Source of the DNA: Ascidiella aspersa | Lineage: Eukaryota | DNA length: 64,000 nt | Assembly: GCA_963924565.1 (NCBI GenBank) | Contig: OZ004608.1 | Span: 4,836,001 to 4,900,000, forward strand | Reading direction: 5' to 3' | Shown: piece by piece, positions 39,452 through 54,400 of the stretch | Layout of the letters: every line of letters starts with the position of its first letter | Position numbering within the stretch: the stretch's first letter is position 1 | Made by a program: the position numbers and the translations under genes | The notes under the pieces: model-generated | Database searches by the model: none | What the model saw: the letters and a program-made list of their open reading frames with translations, nothing else | Told to the model about the DNA's origin: nothing

Positions 39452-42400
39452 TTACATTTCCGTTTGATCGACGCTGAGACCTTCAAAGTCAATTCTAGCA
39501 GCCGCCCTTAGAGCTTGAGCTTGACTTGTTCCAGCCATGCTTTGACCAATAGGCGACACAACAGGCAAAGATTTCAGCTTGTTGGCGGTCTCTTCTTCTT
39601 CCACAATCGAATCATTGCCGAGGAATGTGGAAAAAGCCCGGCGTTCTTTGAGGCCCTGGCTCGATTTCGCCTTTCGCCGTTTTCTGGGACTAGAATTGCC
39701 GGGGTTGCGATCGGATTGCCGTTGACCTATTTCTCGCATCAGCGCTGAGCGATGGTCGCGACTTAACGGCGGAAATGTGGAAGTTCCAGGGGAAAGTGCT
39801 GACTTTGTAAGATTATTGTTGTTGTTTAGTTGGTCCTTTTGGTTGTTGGTGCTGTTGTTGTTGTTATTGGTTTCTAATTAATGAAAAGAGAATCTGAATT
39901 TGTATTTCACGTATCGCAAAATAATGATTGATAAAAATAACAGTGTCCTGTAATGCCTGGTCATAAAACTTAAGAGTAGCGTTGTCCCAAAGAGTTTTAA
40001 GGTTGTCTATAATTGCGCATTGGCATAGTACTTTAATAAAGCTACAATAAAAAACAAAAATTGGGAGTTTGTTGGCTATAGTTATCAGTATATTATACGA
40101 TTATGACTTTTCCCTTAGGGGTCCAAATTTCCTCCGAATATTGGCGATAATTAATAATTCCCTGCTTTACCATTAAAAGGAAAAAAAATAGCCCAAGATT
40201 CTAATTAAAAGAGGATACAGAATTTCAGAAGGAGAAGTTCATTTAACGTTTACCTTCTAGGTTTCCGTGTCGTATGTCTTCTGACACGCTTGTAGCCTTA
40301 CAATATTGGCTCGAGGTGTATCTTTAAAAGCAAGAAAAATCAGTGCTCCACAAGTTAAAGCCAATAACAGGTTGGAAGTTGATTAATTTCTGCCTATTAT
40401 AGGCTGGAAATTTGTAATACTTTAATTTAACAATTTGTTATACAGTTTAGCACGGCATTTCTTTTTTACTGTAAAAATTTACAGTTTTTGTCCAACTTGT
40501 GAGCCCATACCAATACTCCTAAATGTGTCCCAAAACACTGTAAACATCATTCCATGTTTTATTGAAATTTGGCATCGCTTTCAGTTCGTAATGCGTCCAT
40601 TATAATATGTAAACCGAAACCCATTCTAGACTCACCGAATCTGTCGATCAATAATACAAGCAGGCCAGGCCAGGCCAGAAAAACAACTAGCCTGTAGTGA
40701 GGTTCGAACTCACGATCTTTGGCCACACCGGGACCTTCACTTTACCTACTGAGCTACACAGGCTCTCATAGAGGAGCGAGTCGAGAAACAACCATACACC
40801 AATGTTTGCTACATTATGTTAGTACAAGCAACTTCATATTGAAGGAGATCTACAGTAGGCTACCATATTATCACACATATGTGTGTGCATCATTCATTGA
40901 ATACCTCAATTATGTTACCACATCCAAGACAAAAACAATTTGCCTTAAAATTAGCCAGTTTAAGGAACCCAATTACTTACTTGATAATGTCTCCCAGCCC
41001 GGCCTGTCTTGACGTGAAGATGACCGCCACAATGATGCCCATAAGGAAGATAAATGTGAAGAAGATAAGAGCTGCCAGCTGGTAAGGATGCCTGCAGACC
41101 GCCGTCATAATCACTGTTGAGGTGGAGTTGCTTTCTTTGGAGACGGTTGAAGGATTAGCTGTGGTAATTTCTGCGTCTGAATAAAATCATAAGTTGCAAA
41201 CAACAAATATTAAACATCAGTTGCAATTAAACACACGAGAGTCTGGGTCAACGAAGCTTTCGAACCATGCATATTTTTGCCTGTAGCAGACAAGAGGTGG
41301 TATGTCAGCCAGGCAACTAAATTCCAGAGGTTGTAAGTTCGAATACAACCGGTGCTCTACACTTGTGTCGAAGTCTAAAGCAGGGTTCTCAAACATTTTC
41401 TAGTTGCGGACCCTTTTGATTTATCCGCATGTATACCGTACCACTAAAAAACTGTTACCCTGAGACAAAGCACGTAGTGCTTTTTGAGTTGCTATCAATA
41501 ATTCTGAGTTGTCTGTAATACGAGTTTAAACTTTAGCCAAAATAAATTTTTGGACCATTAGAGCATAGCATGCCCAATTTCTATAAATAATCCTGGATCA
41601 GAATCAGCCCGATGTTAGAACTGAAATTCACTACAGTTGTTGCGATTAGCCATGTCACAAGGGAATGAAAAAGCTCATTTTTAGGATAATACCTCACAAG
41701 GGCGAAAAATACAGTGTTAAAGAAAATGTTGTTTATGGGGAAAGATTTAATAGTTCGCTTCTTATAATAGCATTCAGGTAATAATACTTGTTGATGTCTA
41801 GCAGCAAACCGTAAACATGCGCAGTATTGTCGTTTTTTAGCTTAAACGCTACAGTTAGTAAGATGTAATCCCCACATCAACGTGACCAACTTTTTCTTAA
41901 ATATTACAAAATAAGTGCCAGAAGAATAACTTGCTCGTGACCCCTGTTTGAGAACCTTGTGTCTAAAGCCATTGGCAGCACTGTGTTTACGTACTTTTAT
42001 CGCTGGTGTCTGTTTTGCTCTCAGCTGTCAAAAACTCTGCAGAAGCAATCAGCTTTGTCCTTTCAAACGTCAGTGGTGAACGTCGTTTTCGATTTGTGTT
42101 GCCTGTGCAATTCTGCAATACAAAAAACGGTGTTGTGACCTGATAAATAAACTAAGTGAGCCACATTTGGACAATACTCTGCGAAGCCAAATTACCAAGT
42201 CTTTGAGGCAAAATATTTTGTCTTGTATTTCCAGGGAAAGGGACAGGGGTGACCAGAGTTCATTGAATTTTTAATTGGGACTATTTTAGGTGGAAAAACT
42301 TAACAATTCTTTATTCAATGTAGGCCCACTGTTTCTGCAAGGCATCGTATCAATGACATTGCATCATTAATCATTACCGTGACGAAGATTTCCTATATAG

Positions 42401-45400
42401 ATTATTGAAACGTCGGTACACTTAATAAAAAAAATTGCAGGAAGAACAATTTTTCAATCACTATTTTTTTATTTCCTGTAATCTTTAAATTATAAAATAT
42501 ATAGCTATGTATAGTTTTGGGGTATAAAATTAAATGCTTTTCTAGTTTTCCATGATAATATTAAAAATAGGCCTTACGCTTACCGTTTTGCAAAGTGGGT
42601 TGGATTTCTGACAGAGTGAGGTAACGCAGTGTATGTAGACCGGCAGGTGATTTTTAGGTGGAAGCCACCGAAACACAATGAAGTCAAAAAACAAGCTGGT
42701 CGAAGTGCGTTTTACTATGTTGGCAAAAACACCACCCGCAAGGCAGCTGAAATTAAGAAGTATTTTGAATTGAACTATAGCCTATATATATGAACTGAGT
42801 CATTCGTTTTCTGTTGAAAATGTTTATTATCTCAATCGGGCTGTTTCTTGCCGGTTTGTTTCATTCATACAATGAAGTATAATAACTGCCTGGTACTGAC
42901 CAGCATAAAAACTGCTGTACGTTGTGTAGAACAAAATTGATAAAAAGACGTAACAGAGCTCCTTAAAACTCTATGCGCTTACCGCTGCAGGCTCGCGACC
43001 CCCAGTTCCGGGAAGTCTTGTTTTACGAACATGAATAGGTTACGGAAAACAACCCCAAAGAAAGATTGTTTTAAATAAAAAAGTGATATTAAAAGTTGAA
43101 ACTATAGACCGCAGTTTATCTTAATCCATCGTTCGCCGAGTAATTTGGTTGATTCGCCGACCCAGTTGGGTTTATTGAGACTGGTTCTAAGTAAGTTCTC
43201 AAAATTAGACCATATTTGAGAAGCAATACAAAGACATGCAATACAGATTACACTCGATTTTATGCCACTGTCTTCATGTGTTTATTTACTTACAGCCGAC
43301 AATAGTTCAGTTAAGATATTTAAGTCGCCAAAGCTTCACTGTTAAAGTTAAAGTATTATTGTCGCCGCGAAAAACAATGTTAAGAAACTCTACTATGGAT
43401 ACACGAGTTTGCACGAAAACTCATAAAACCTTACTTCATGTTGATGATCGGGGCTTGGTGCGGGCTTCCATCCACATAATCACTGAAAGGAGAGGCGACG
43501 CACTTGTGAACGAACAACGACTTGTTGCCTGCCATCTGGGGCGACACACTGACAAGGGCATAGATGGCCTTTCCCACGTCAATGATGGGTCGTTGACCCC
43601 AGGGCTGCTTGGCCTGATCGTCTTTGTAGAGCAGTATTTTAACATTTAAACGGTCCCTTAGCGTTTTGACGCTCCTAATAATAAAACGATGAATTGGTAA
43701 ATTTGTCTGATACTATGAGTAATAAAAAATAAAACGCAAAATATAGAAAGCAAAATATTTTTGTAGTAAATAACCGACTTTAACGAATACCCTTAAGTTC
43801 AGCCCAGGTCATTTGTCCAAAATACCTCTGCCCGAACTACGCAAGTCGTCAAGTCATTTGAAGTCATTTTAAAAACATGACTTAAGGTCAAGTAAGTGCA
43901 CTTAAGTCATTGTTTTCAAATGATTTAGAACACAGAAAGGAAAATTGGTGTTACAAAATTTTTTTTACCATTTTGAACGTTTCGAATAACTCTTTGTTGG
44001 AAACAAATTGAGTTAAATGATACCTATACTTCTGTATGGGCTTTGGTATTCTCAATACGTCAGACTAAACGCAATCCAGTTTTCACAAACTAATAAAGGT
44101 TCCAATTACGAACTTACATATTAACGTAGGGCGTAAAGCTGGCCTTGAAAGCTCCACCGTAGCTGCAAGAAACATTGGCGAGGGGGGCCGCTACCGAGAA
44201 GATGGGGACAGTAGGGTGGTTTACGATGTCGCTGTAAATTGTCGCTGAAACAACACTCTCGCCGTTGGTTGAATTGGTCACGGTCACCCCGCAATCCTTG
44301 AATGGAGTCGGGACAAACAACCTGTAGACACCAATAGCAGAGTTAAGCATTTTCATCAGTGTTGGGGTGTGTTTTCATTCAGTTATGTCTAAAATCGGTA
44401 TAACACACTGTAAATTTTTACTTTTTATATATTAGTTGCGAAAATTTTGCAGCAAAAAGGATACAGAATGGGGCTTGGGATACAAATTTCAGGGCATTTG
44501 CAATTGCAGGATTTTCCTCTTTCAGAAAACAGTTCTAAAACCAACTAAATATGTACTAGCTATGCATCATTATCATTTAGTTATGTTTCGACTTAACGTT
44601 TTAGTAACCTGTAAACTTTGACGTTATTGCTGTTGACCGTAGTCGCGTTGGCGCTACAACTGACGTTGGATGAAAATCCAGCAAAATATACTTCGATTGT
44701 GTTATTTCCAAGATTCAAGTGATTGGCATCTATGAGACTGGGAAGTAATTCGACAGTCATACCAGTTGCGGTGCAAACCACCTTGCTAGTGCCGTTTGAC
44801 GCAGCTGGCGTTGGCAATGGCGTGGTCTGATATTTTGTGGTCGCACCAGCAGCAGTGGTCGTCGCATCAGCAGTCGACGCAGTGGTCTGGGCCTTGGTCG
44901 TCGCACCCGCAGTAGTGGCAGTGTCAGTGGTCTGGGCCTTGGTTGTTGCAGTGGTCGCACCAGCAGTACTGGCAGTGGTCACACCAGCAGTAGTGTTAGT
45001 GGTCACACCAGCAGTAGTGTTAGTGGTCACACCAGCAGTAGTGTTAGTGGTCACACCAGCAGTAGTGTTAGTGGTCACACCAGCAGTAGTGTTAGTGGTC
45101 ACACCAGCAGTAGTGGCAGTGGTCACACCAGCAGTAGTGGCAGTGGTCTGTGCCTTGGTTGTTGCAGTGGTCTGTGCCTTGGTTGTTGCAGTGGTCGCAC
45201 CAGCAGTCGTGGCAGTGGTCGCACCAGCAGTCGTGGCAGTGGTCGCACCAGCAGTCGTGGCAGTGGTCGCACCAGCAGTCGTGGCAGTGGTCGCACCAGC
45301 AGTCGTGGCAGTGGTCGCACCAGCAGTCGTGGCAGTGGTCGCACCAGCAGTCGTGGCAGTGGTCGCACCAGTAGTCGTGGCAGTGGTCTGGGCCTTGGTT

Positions 45401-48400
45401 GTTGCAGTGGTCGCACCAGCAGTGGTCTGGGCGATGGTAGTTGGGGCAGCTGTCGTAACAGCCGATATATCTGTTTTACCTAAATGAATTAACGTAGAAC
45501 TTTAAATGGCGTGTACATTTGTTTTGTTTTTAATTCAGTAGAGAGAGTAAAAACTGGCAAACTTGGCCACGGCATTTACCCTTTGACGGTAAATAAATAA
45601 TTGTTATGTCTAAACATTCTATGAAAAAAAATTGACCAATGTAGGATAAAAAGTATTGTTTTTGATACTCACCACACAAAAACCTTTTGTAGGATGATTC
45701 AAGTTGAGCATAACCTTCAAGCTGTACGAACTTTGCGTAGTCAGTATGAGTGGCCATACTTCCAACATATGTCTGGTTTGCCTTCTCAAAACCTGCATCA
45801 ATGAATTAAAACCTTCATCAAGATACATATTACTTTAGGGTGATTAGACATCGCGAAAGTTGTTTAGAATGAAAGGCAGGCTTTTTTATAGAAAAAATGT
45901 GAATTACTTATTTACCTTTTTAATTACGAATGCACAATTAGTTTTCGAACCGAATGCGGCTTAACTAATTTGCTTACCCCTATTATTTGTAAAGAGTTTA
46001 TTTGGTTGATACTTAGCGCAAGTTTATTTCCTAATCAGTAAAAGTATTTTTTTATTAAAATACGAATATTTCCGGTGCCCAATGTTGTTTCTTGGGCCTT
46101 CTAAAACGGTAGTATAAAAAAAACGATTGCAATACCAAGCTACATACTGTTTAATCGCAGTTTGTTTAAGTGCTTGCCATCGTTAAACTCACCAAGCGCG
46201 TACCGCGAGCCCTTACTGGCCAGAGCCTCGCTTAGCTGAGCAACTGATGATGCAACGTTGTACGTGTTATCGAAGTTCAGCACGAAGAATATCCTCGTTC
46301 CGTTACTACTGATGCCAATCACTTGCATCATTGCGTTGCTCAGCATCAAGTTGTAGTGGTTGTTCTGGTTGATGAGACCAGGGATTTCTTCAAACTCCAG
46401 GGTGTCGATGTACTGCGAAAAGGAAACTTGGTTGTGGCTTAATGCAAAAGATTTAAAAAAAAAATTGTTTTTTTGTTATGTTCTTATACGACCTCGGACT
46501 AACAAACGCGTAAGTGTGCTATTTATCGAAAAAAATAACGTTAAAAACTTACTCAAATACTGCTTTCATTAAGCTTTTGAAACTTTTCAAAATATCCACT
46601 TTTTTGCTTTTTATTGCACCGTTCGATGCTTTTACTTCTTTCAAGTTTGCCTAAACTTTCAACCCATTTTTGAAGCTTTAAAGTGTAACGAAAAAAAGAA
46701 GGTAAACATTACTATCATTCCACTTCCATCGTGATGTTAAAAAGTTTTTTTAAGTTGGTTAAAAAAAAAAAAAAAAAGAAAAAAAGTTTTTTTAAGTTTG
46801 GTTTAAATAAGTTGGTTAAAATAATGCTGTGTACTGAAATAAAACATAATATTGTACTTTGATAGACGTATAATAAAATACAAACCTGTAATGCCGCTTT
46901 TTGGGTTGTGAAGTCGACAAACGTTCCACTTGAAGTGTTGATCATGAACATAAAGTGCACATTATCCGCCTCAACCAGTGTCACCATAAGCTTCAAGGTG
47001 GCCCTGTAGAGCGGCCACTGGGTAGTATTGCTCAGCCGCGTCACGAGGAACATCACCTGGGCCACGTGGAATGGACAAGGTCATTCAAGGTCGGGGTTGT
47101 TGTCGGTGGGTTTTGTTTTGTGCTGAGAAATAACTAGGCTTTTGCAAACAAATGCATAGAACAGCCAGTGGCAATGAAATGCTGTTTGAATTAAAGTTGA
47201 AATCTCCACCGCAGAAATTTATATCTTCTGGTTAACCTGGTAAGTCAGTGCTTTCCAACCTTTGGGTTGCGACACGAAATTGCGTGGTCGTTTGATTTCG
47301 TTGGGTCACAGACTGCCACGAGTTTACAGGGCGAGATTTATGAATTGGTTATGATTAAAAGTTGTTAAAATATGAGAACATACCACAAGCAATTGGAAGG
47401 CATGATTTTTGTGTTTTTTTTCGCGTTAGTTTTGCAACAAGTTCAGTGAAAAGAATTGGGTCTCCAAAGCTTGGTTGTTATGTTTACGCTTAGTATGCAT
47501 CACACGTTTCCAAACAAATTGAGGGACACTCCGGAATAAGCAAAAAAATTGCGGGGAATTTTTTTAAACGATTAGGCAAAAGCTTCAAGACTGTGCGCCA
47601 CTCGTTTGTTGTTTACATTTTCTGTGGAAATCGCGTAGTGATTCCGTTGGTTATTCAACAAACAAATAAACAAATTGGCTTCGTGTACGAAATTTAGCGA
47701 ATTTCTTATTACTGGGTCCGTCGCAAGTCCATTATAAGTTTCCAAAGGGGTCGCAAGCAAAAAAAAGTTTTAATAAGCACTGGATTTAAGTCGCAGGTTG
47801 AACTCTCATCACCAGGCAATATTTCCAAGTGTTTTGGGATAGGGTAAGGGTGCCTTGGCTGAGTAGTCTAATAACCTACATAAGTACAGGGGCATTTTTA
47901 ATTGACCCAACAGGCTTTTTTATTCATTAGGCCACAACATAAAGCCCCGGGTTTAACTTTTATCACCAGGAAATATTGCCAAGTGTTGTGGGACAGGGGT
48001 AGGGGTAAAGGGGGCTTACCCGGACCGACTGGGTGGCGGGAAACTGTGTCGGGGACCGTTGGCAGAGCACCGGTCGTTTCTCGCTGCAGAATCCCATAAC
48101 AAAGTCGAGGTTTTGCGGGTTTTGGACTAGCAGGCTTTTCACAGCAGGTGGACTGACAAAGGGTCGATAGTGACCACACTTCATAGTGGCCAATGATACC
48201 CCCAACCACAGGGTCACGTTGTTGCTGCAAGAAAAAAAAATTCGGGTCTTCCTCTAGATTGCTGGAACTCCTAAGAAGACCATGTTCCTCAGTTTTGTTT
48301 AAGGATTGAAGGACAGGACTGTATCTACAAATTGCTGCAAATCTACCAATTGCTGCGAATCTACAAATTCCTGCAAATCTACCAATTGCTGCAAATCTAC

Positions 48401-51400
48401 CAATTGCTGCAAATCTACCAATTGCTGCGAATGTATAAATTGCTGCGAATGTATAAATGGCTGCGAATCTATAAATTGAGCAACGCCCAACTTTCACAAT
48501 TACCGCCCGTATGAAAATGTGGGCTACACTACACGGGGGTAGCTACTTGCTGTATTGTGAACTATACTTATGTTAAATCAAGTACCAGTGTGCAGCTTTT
48601 GGTTTCAAAGCGTTATAATCAAACGCCTTTGAATGGTAAACGAATAAATTCCTAGCAATATTTTGTACAACAAACACTAACATACATCAAATAATTGTTC
48701 AATAACGCAAAATATTGCCAAAACTGATTTAAATAAAGTAATTTCTTCCCGTTATTTGGTTTCACATATCTTACCCCTGTCAAAATCAAGCGCATTTTCT
48801 ACGAAAATACATTATTACGTTTAACTGCCAAATAGATTTTAAGAGCAATAGTAAATATGGATATCACTCATAGACGCTATTGTTTTTGACAGTGGGTGGT
48901 TTTAGAGACCTCATTTAAACATTACATTTAGTACACCTAAATCAAGTCACTGGCTCTAAAGTCATTACAACACTGTTTTTCGGATCGCTCGATGTTTAAT
49001 GTTGAGACACGCCAGATCGTATTAAAGAGCTCGTGTACTTACTACCAGATATAGAACTTGCTCCCAGCGTCAATCTTAATGCCAACATAAGGAAAGAGCT
49101 CATCGTTGTACAACATGTCGACAATGTTGGAGGCAAGATATTTGTTCGAAGTCTCGGTGAGAACTGCGGGTGTCGAATCGTTACAGGCCTTTCCCGCGAA
49201 ATAATCACTGAAGGAGAACGTCCTCGACTTGTCGGCGGCAAAGCATGACGTCACAGCCAGGCCCCAGCCTTCCGGACAGAACTCTGTAGAAAAACGCTCC
49301 ATCTAGAACCTGAACTGTTTTTTTGTAATTTTTTTAGGAGCCGAACCGCAACTGAACAGAGTATTTTAACAACTTGAAACTTGCTGTCAAAAACGGTTTA
49401 TTCTATAGCATGACGTCTTTTAACTTTTAAGATTTGAAAATTTATGAAAAAAAAAGAATAATTAGTAAAACGTTGATATATTTTTCTAATAGATTAGTAA
49501 GGAGCTGCTCGTCACTAATCTCTACATTTATTAACCAACATTTTTATGTTGAACGCAACTAATATTGCATCCGAATACCGGTTATGACAATCTAGTCGAA
49601 CTGGGCTGAACCGGAACTTTTGAATTGCTCGAAACCGAAATCTAACTTAAACCGTATTCCAAAAAAATCCTCCTTAAACAAACCGAGCCCGAACCTAAAA
49701 GTCGAACAGTTCGACTCCGTTGAAATAACACAACCCACTTACTGCAAATGCAGGATGGGAACTGTGATGTTCTGGTCACGATGTTATTTCCAGTGATGAC
49801 GTACAAACTAGTAGCAGTGAGTGAACTGACCGGACTGAGGTGCTCGAGTCCACAAGACATCGTGGAAGTGTATATCGACATCACCTTGGTCGCTGTGCTT
49901 TCGACTCCCCAGAAGCCAATCCCACCGATAAATCCTGAACAAGACGACAGTTTGAAAGTTTGTAAATATAGTTGACGATCAGTTGTCATCAATAGATTAT
50001 ATTAAAAGCCACAAGGTCATATCAGTTTAAATTGAAAATTGTCGATTATAAGGAGTAAATAGACATAAGCAAACTGGTCTATGGCAATTCGCAATTTCCA
50101 CGATTCTATCGAAACGAAGCCGATAGACGATACTACTGCTAGTTCGACACTTGTTGACAATAATAATACTTTAACGACGTTTAAAAAATAGCATATTTTC
50201 AACAACAAAAAAAGAAATCCGACGTTTCGACATCTATTCAAGTCGCTCTTCGGGGTTAATGACGGCGAAAGCCGCCTAAAGGCTGGTTTAACAATTACAT
50301 TAACATTATGCCTGGTAGCAACACTTTACATATTGAATCAGTTATTGCTTTAACTACTCTGAAGAATTACGTTTCAGTGATAACACCAATTGCTATCTGA
50401 TTGCAAAGTTGTACTTTTCCCGAAACTATCGGTTATCAGTATCGAATACCAGATATGGGACACCTCTAATGGCTGAAAGACAAATAAAGTATCGAATACC
50501 AGATATGGGACACCTCTAATGTCTGAAAGACAAATAAATTCTATCTTTCAAACACCCAGCCAACACCAACCTGTAAAGCATTTAGTGCTGGAGTTTGAGC
50601 AATGCGCCACCCTCACACTCGACTTTGCGTCGGCGCCGAGATTGACGTGCATAAGTAGAGTAGGTTTGGTCACGACCAGGGTCATGTTGATGTTGAAGCC
50701 GTTAACGAACACGTCGAAGTCGGTTGGACTGATTCGAACGCAAATGTGAGTGAAGGTGTCGGTGCTAATTGTGAATCCCTTTGCTTCGGCAAGCTGAAAA
50801 GAATGACAAGCACTTTTTGGGAAGAAGTATGTTGGTACAATAATTGACAAAAAATTGCTAAGAGTTGCTGGTATAAGTAAAAGTTGAGCGTACGTCCGTT
50901 TTAAAAAGACAACCGACCAATGCTATTTACGAAATAGATTACATTTGCTAAAACCTTAAAATAAGGTTTGTCGTTCAAAGTAGTGCACAAATATGCAACG
51001 AAAATCTTACGTTTATATACATTCAAGGAGACAAAAGACCTGGTGAAAAGAAAAAAAAATGTATAAAAAAAAATAAAATAAAAAAAGTAAAAACGAATAT
51101 TTGTTCCAGTACGGTGTACGTCAAACATATATTATCGGAAAGCCGTTCCTGCAGAATTTATTTTACCAGGAAGGCGTTTCTGCCCGCCCCGTCTTAATTT
51201 CACCATAACTCCAACAGCCTGTCACATTAGATTAGGGGTGTCCAACTCAAACATGCCGACGTGCCAAATTTTATCTTCTAACTTCTTCCAGTGCCAAAGT
51301 TTAGCAGTTTTTTTTGTTTCTCATATTAAAAATAAACAAAAAATAAAAACCTTGTAATAGTAGAAGTAATTGTTTGTTGTCGTAATTGCTGGGATTTTTT

Positions 51401-54400
51401 TATTAGTGCCTCATGTTGGACACCCCTGCATTAGATATAGCACTCCAAACTCACCAAGGTGTGGTCTGGCAAGCGCAGAGTAACGTTTAAGTTATTGCTG
51501 GTTGACGATTCGCTCTCCAGTCTCACGCCACCAGAAGTGCTGGTTTGCAGGACAATGGTCGGAAAGAAACGGGTCGAAGTTTTGAAGGGCTCGAACCAGA
51601 GACACACCATCTGGTGCTGGGGGTGTGACGAACCAACCGGAACCGTGACGTAAGATGGGGTGACGTCATTATGACGTTGCACCTCGTAGCGGGCGACCGG
51701 CTTGTACTCTTGGGAAGGGATGGCGACGGTTTGAGCTGAAATAAGTTCGGGTGTTTTTATTGGACTCCCCAAAAGACAAATTTAAGTGGCGATAAATTTT
51801 AATCAATAAGAAAATTTATAACAAATTTTTAGTTCATTTTGAATGTAGAATTAAAAGGTTTTACATTTCTTACCAATACATTTTACTTTCGGAATAGCAG
51901 CTGTGAAAATTTAGAGATACGGATTTTCTAGCATTTACTAATAAGCGTCACAAATAGAAATGTTGTTTTTTCGATTTAACGCACAAGTTGGTTTTCAAAG
52001 TTATACAATTGTAATAACGATGAGCAGGCGCGAAATAATTTTTCAAAACTATTTTCACTAGTTCTGTATACTGATAAACATTGTGCTTTGAAGAACTTTT
52101 TTTAAAATCCAGATTCAATGAACTTCCGCCAAACCAAGAAGCATTAAGCGAATAATGTGTAAATTTTGCAACTCCTGTACTTGATTAATCATTCATTTTA
52201 GTTTGCAAACTTCAATGCCGAAAAGCTAACTGACCTGGTGTACTCGCTATTCCAAATTTTTCATTGGTAGAAGCATCCGAAATGACATAGCCCCGGTCGT
52301 AGGTTACGTACTGTCCAGTAATAGCACTCCTCAAGCCAAATGTTGTGGCCGAATACTGGGTGAAAATCCAAGGGTGGTACCTAAAAATAGTATAAAACTT
52401 AATCATTTGGGAAAACAAACTTTGTCATGCTTAAAAAGAAGCTCTTCTGGTGCTCATTCCCTGATTGTGAGGCATCATACATAGGTAGTTGAAACGTTGC
52501 CGTTGCCAAGTGAAGTCTCAGTCAAGTCATTTTAGTCAAAGTCAATTTCCAAATTCAATTTCAAGTCATGTCATCGACATAAAGTTAAAAATATCACAAA
52601 CGCAATATACAGCAAGCCAAAGGTTACATAAATTATGCGCAAAACTCAAATTAAATTTTAATTAAAAACACATAATAGTCAATTGTCAGAACACTTCAAG
52701 TCAGGTCATTTGAATAACCTAGAATTACGTGCACTTAAGTCAAGTCTACGATGTCATGATTGGACAGTCAACAACTCGAGGTTTTAGAAGTAATTTTCTC
52801 ACCCAAGTTTTTCTGGAACGAAGGCCAAAGATTTGTCCTTGAGAACATTGAGCCAGAATCCGCACTGGGCCGATGTTGGACAGCCCATGGTCATTCTGAT
52901 GGCCTTGTACTGACCAAAGTCCACCAGTTCACTTGCCGTAGAAGACGGCGCAAATCTGCGAAACCAAATCAACTGAGTGCGGAATCCATAGTAAATCGAC
53001 ACAGGGTGGTTTTATACAAGAGGTTGCCTCACCATAAGACACATATACAATGTTACAAACAAGTTATTTTAAAGTCGAAGTAAATTTAAAAAATAAATAT
53101 CAAATCAAGTCCCAGTCTTAAGTCATAATTAGAGCAAATCAACTTCCAAGTCAAATCATTGATATAAAACCAAACCAGGTATTAAAGATGGCAAAGTTGG
53201 TCGATTATGTGCAAATAACTCTAAAAGATACCAAAAATACAACATGAAATCTTATCGTTCGTTTAACGTAGAAAAATTGAGATAAGAATTTTATAAAAAA
53301 AAAAGTTAAAATACATACGCTCATTGTTAAATCTGGTCGACCATCAATTAGCAAATGTAACAAACTATTAACGGAACATTAATACATGGAGGTTTATCGT
53401 TTGAGAAACGGATACCCATCAAAAGGTCTAGTAAAGTGTTACCTAACATTTTTAGTCGGTGGCCCAATTTTTTTTTCCAAACAAATCGTGGCCCATGTTT
53501 TTTTACCTCTGTTGATGACTAGAACATAACAAAAGTTTTCCATTATTAGGATTTTTATTTTAACAAAAAATGGATCTTTAATAAGTTTCCGTCTGTCAAG
53601 GGTAAACAAATCGAGCGCACAGTTTTCAAAAGATATTTTAAATATGCCAACAACTAGTTTAGGAAGACAATATGTATAGCTGCAATATTTTCAAAAGGCT
53701 CTATGGCCCACTTAAAATAGTCTCATGGCCCACTACTGAGCCATGGCCCACAGTTTGGGAACCACGGGTATAGGATGACTAGGCTAGGTCTAGGATTTCA
53801 AGTGTATTCATTTTATATAAAACAATTAGTGTAAAACGATAAAATATTGATGTGACACTTAAAATTGCGTTTTCGTGTTATTTTCGAGAATCGTGCAGTT
53901 TTAACTATGGTGTACCAACAGGGCTAGAAAATCAGTGCAAATTTAGCTAATTAGATTAATAAGACGATAAATAGAGAATAATGTTGTGAGAAACCTCCAG
54001 TGTTGTAAACAAGTCAATTTGAAATGACTTAAGTCCCAGTCAAGTCATTTGTAAAATAACTTAAGTCCAAGTCAAGTCCAAGTCATCAGTTGCGCAAGTC
54101 AAGTCCCAGTCAAGTCATAATTAGAGCAAGTCAACTTCAAGTCACGTCCTTGCCGTAAAAATAAAACGTTGAACTATTGGAATGTTTAATCTCGTACGAT
54201 TATGAGCAATAACTGAACTAAAAAATGAGAAAAACGCAACTTATAACAAGTAAATTGTTTTATGTGCAAAAATTTGGATAAATAGTTCAATTTTATTAAA
54301 AAAAGACTTTACAGAAAGCAAGTCAAGTCAAGTCATTTGAAAACAGTGACTTAAGTGCACTTAAGTCAAGTCATTGACGTAAGTCATTACAACACTGGAA

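Noticed and set aside
47057-47122. In-frame TGA upstream of the VWA exon (readthrough or pseudogene)
   Set aside because: A CAG acceptor at 47057 gives a phase-correct join to the previous exon, so the TGA is intronic.
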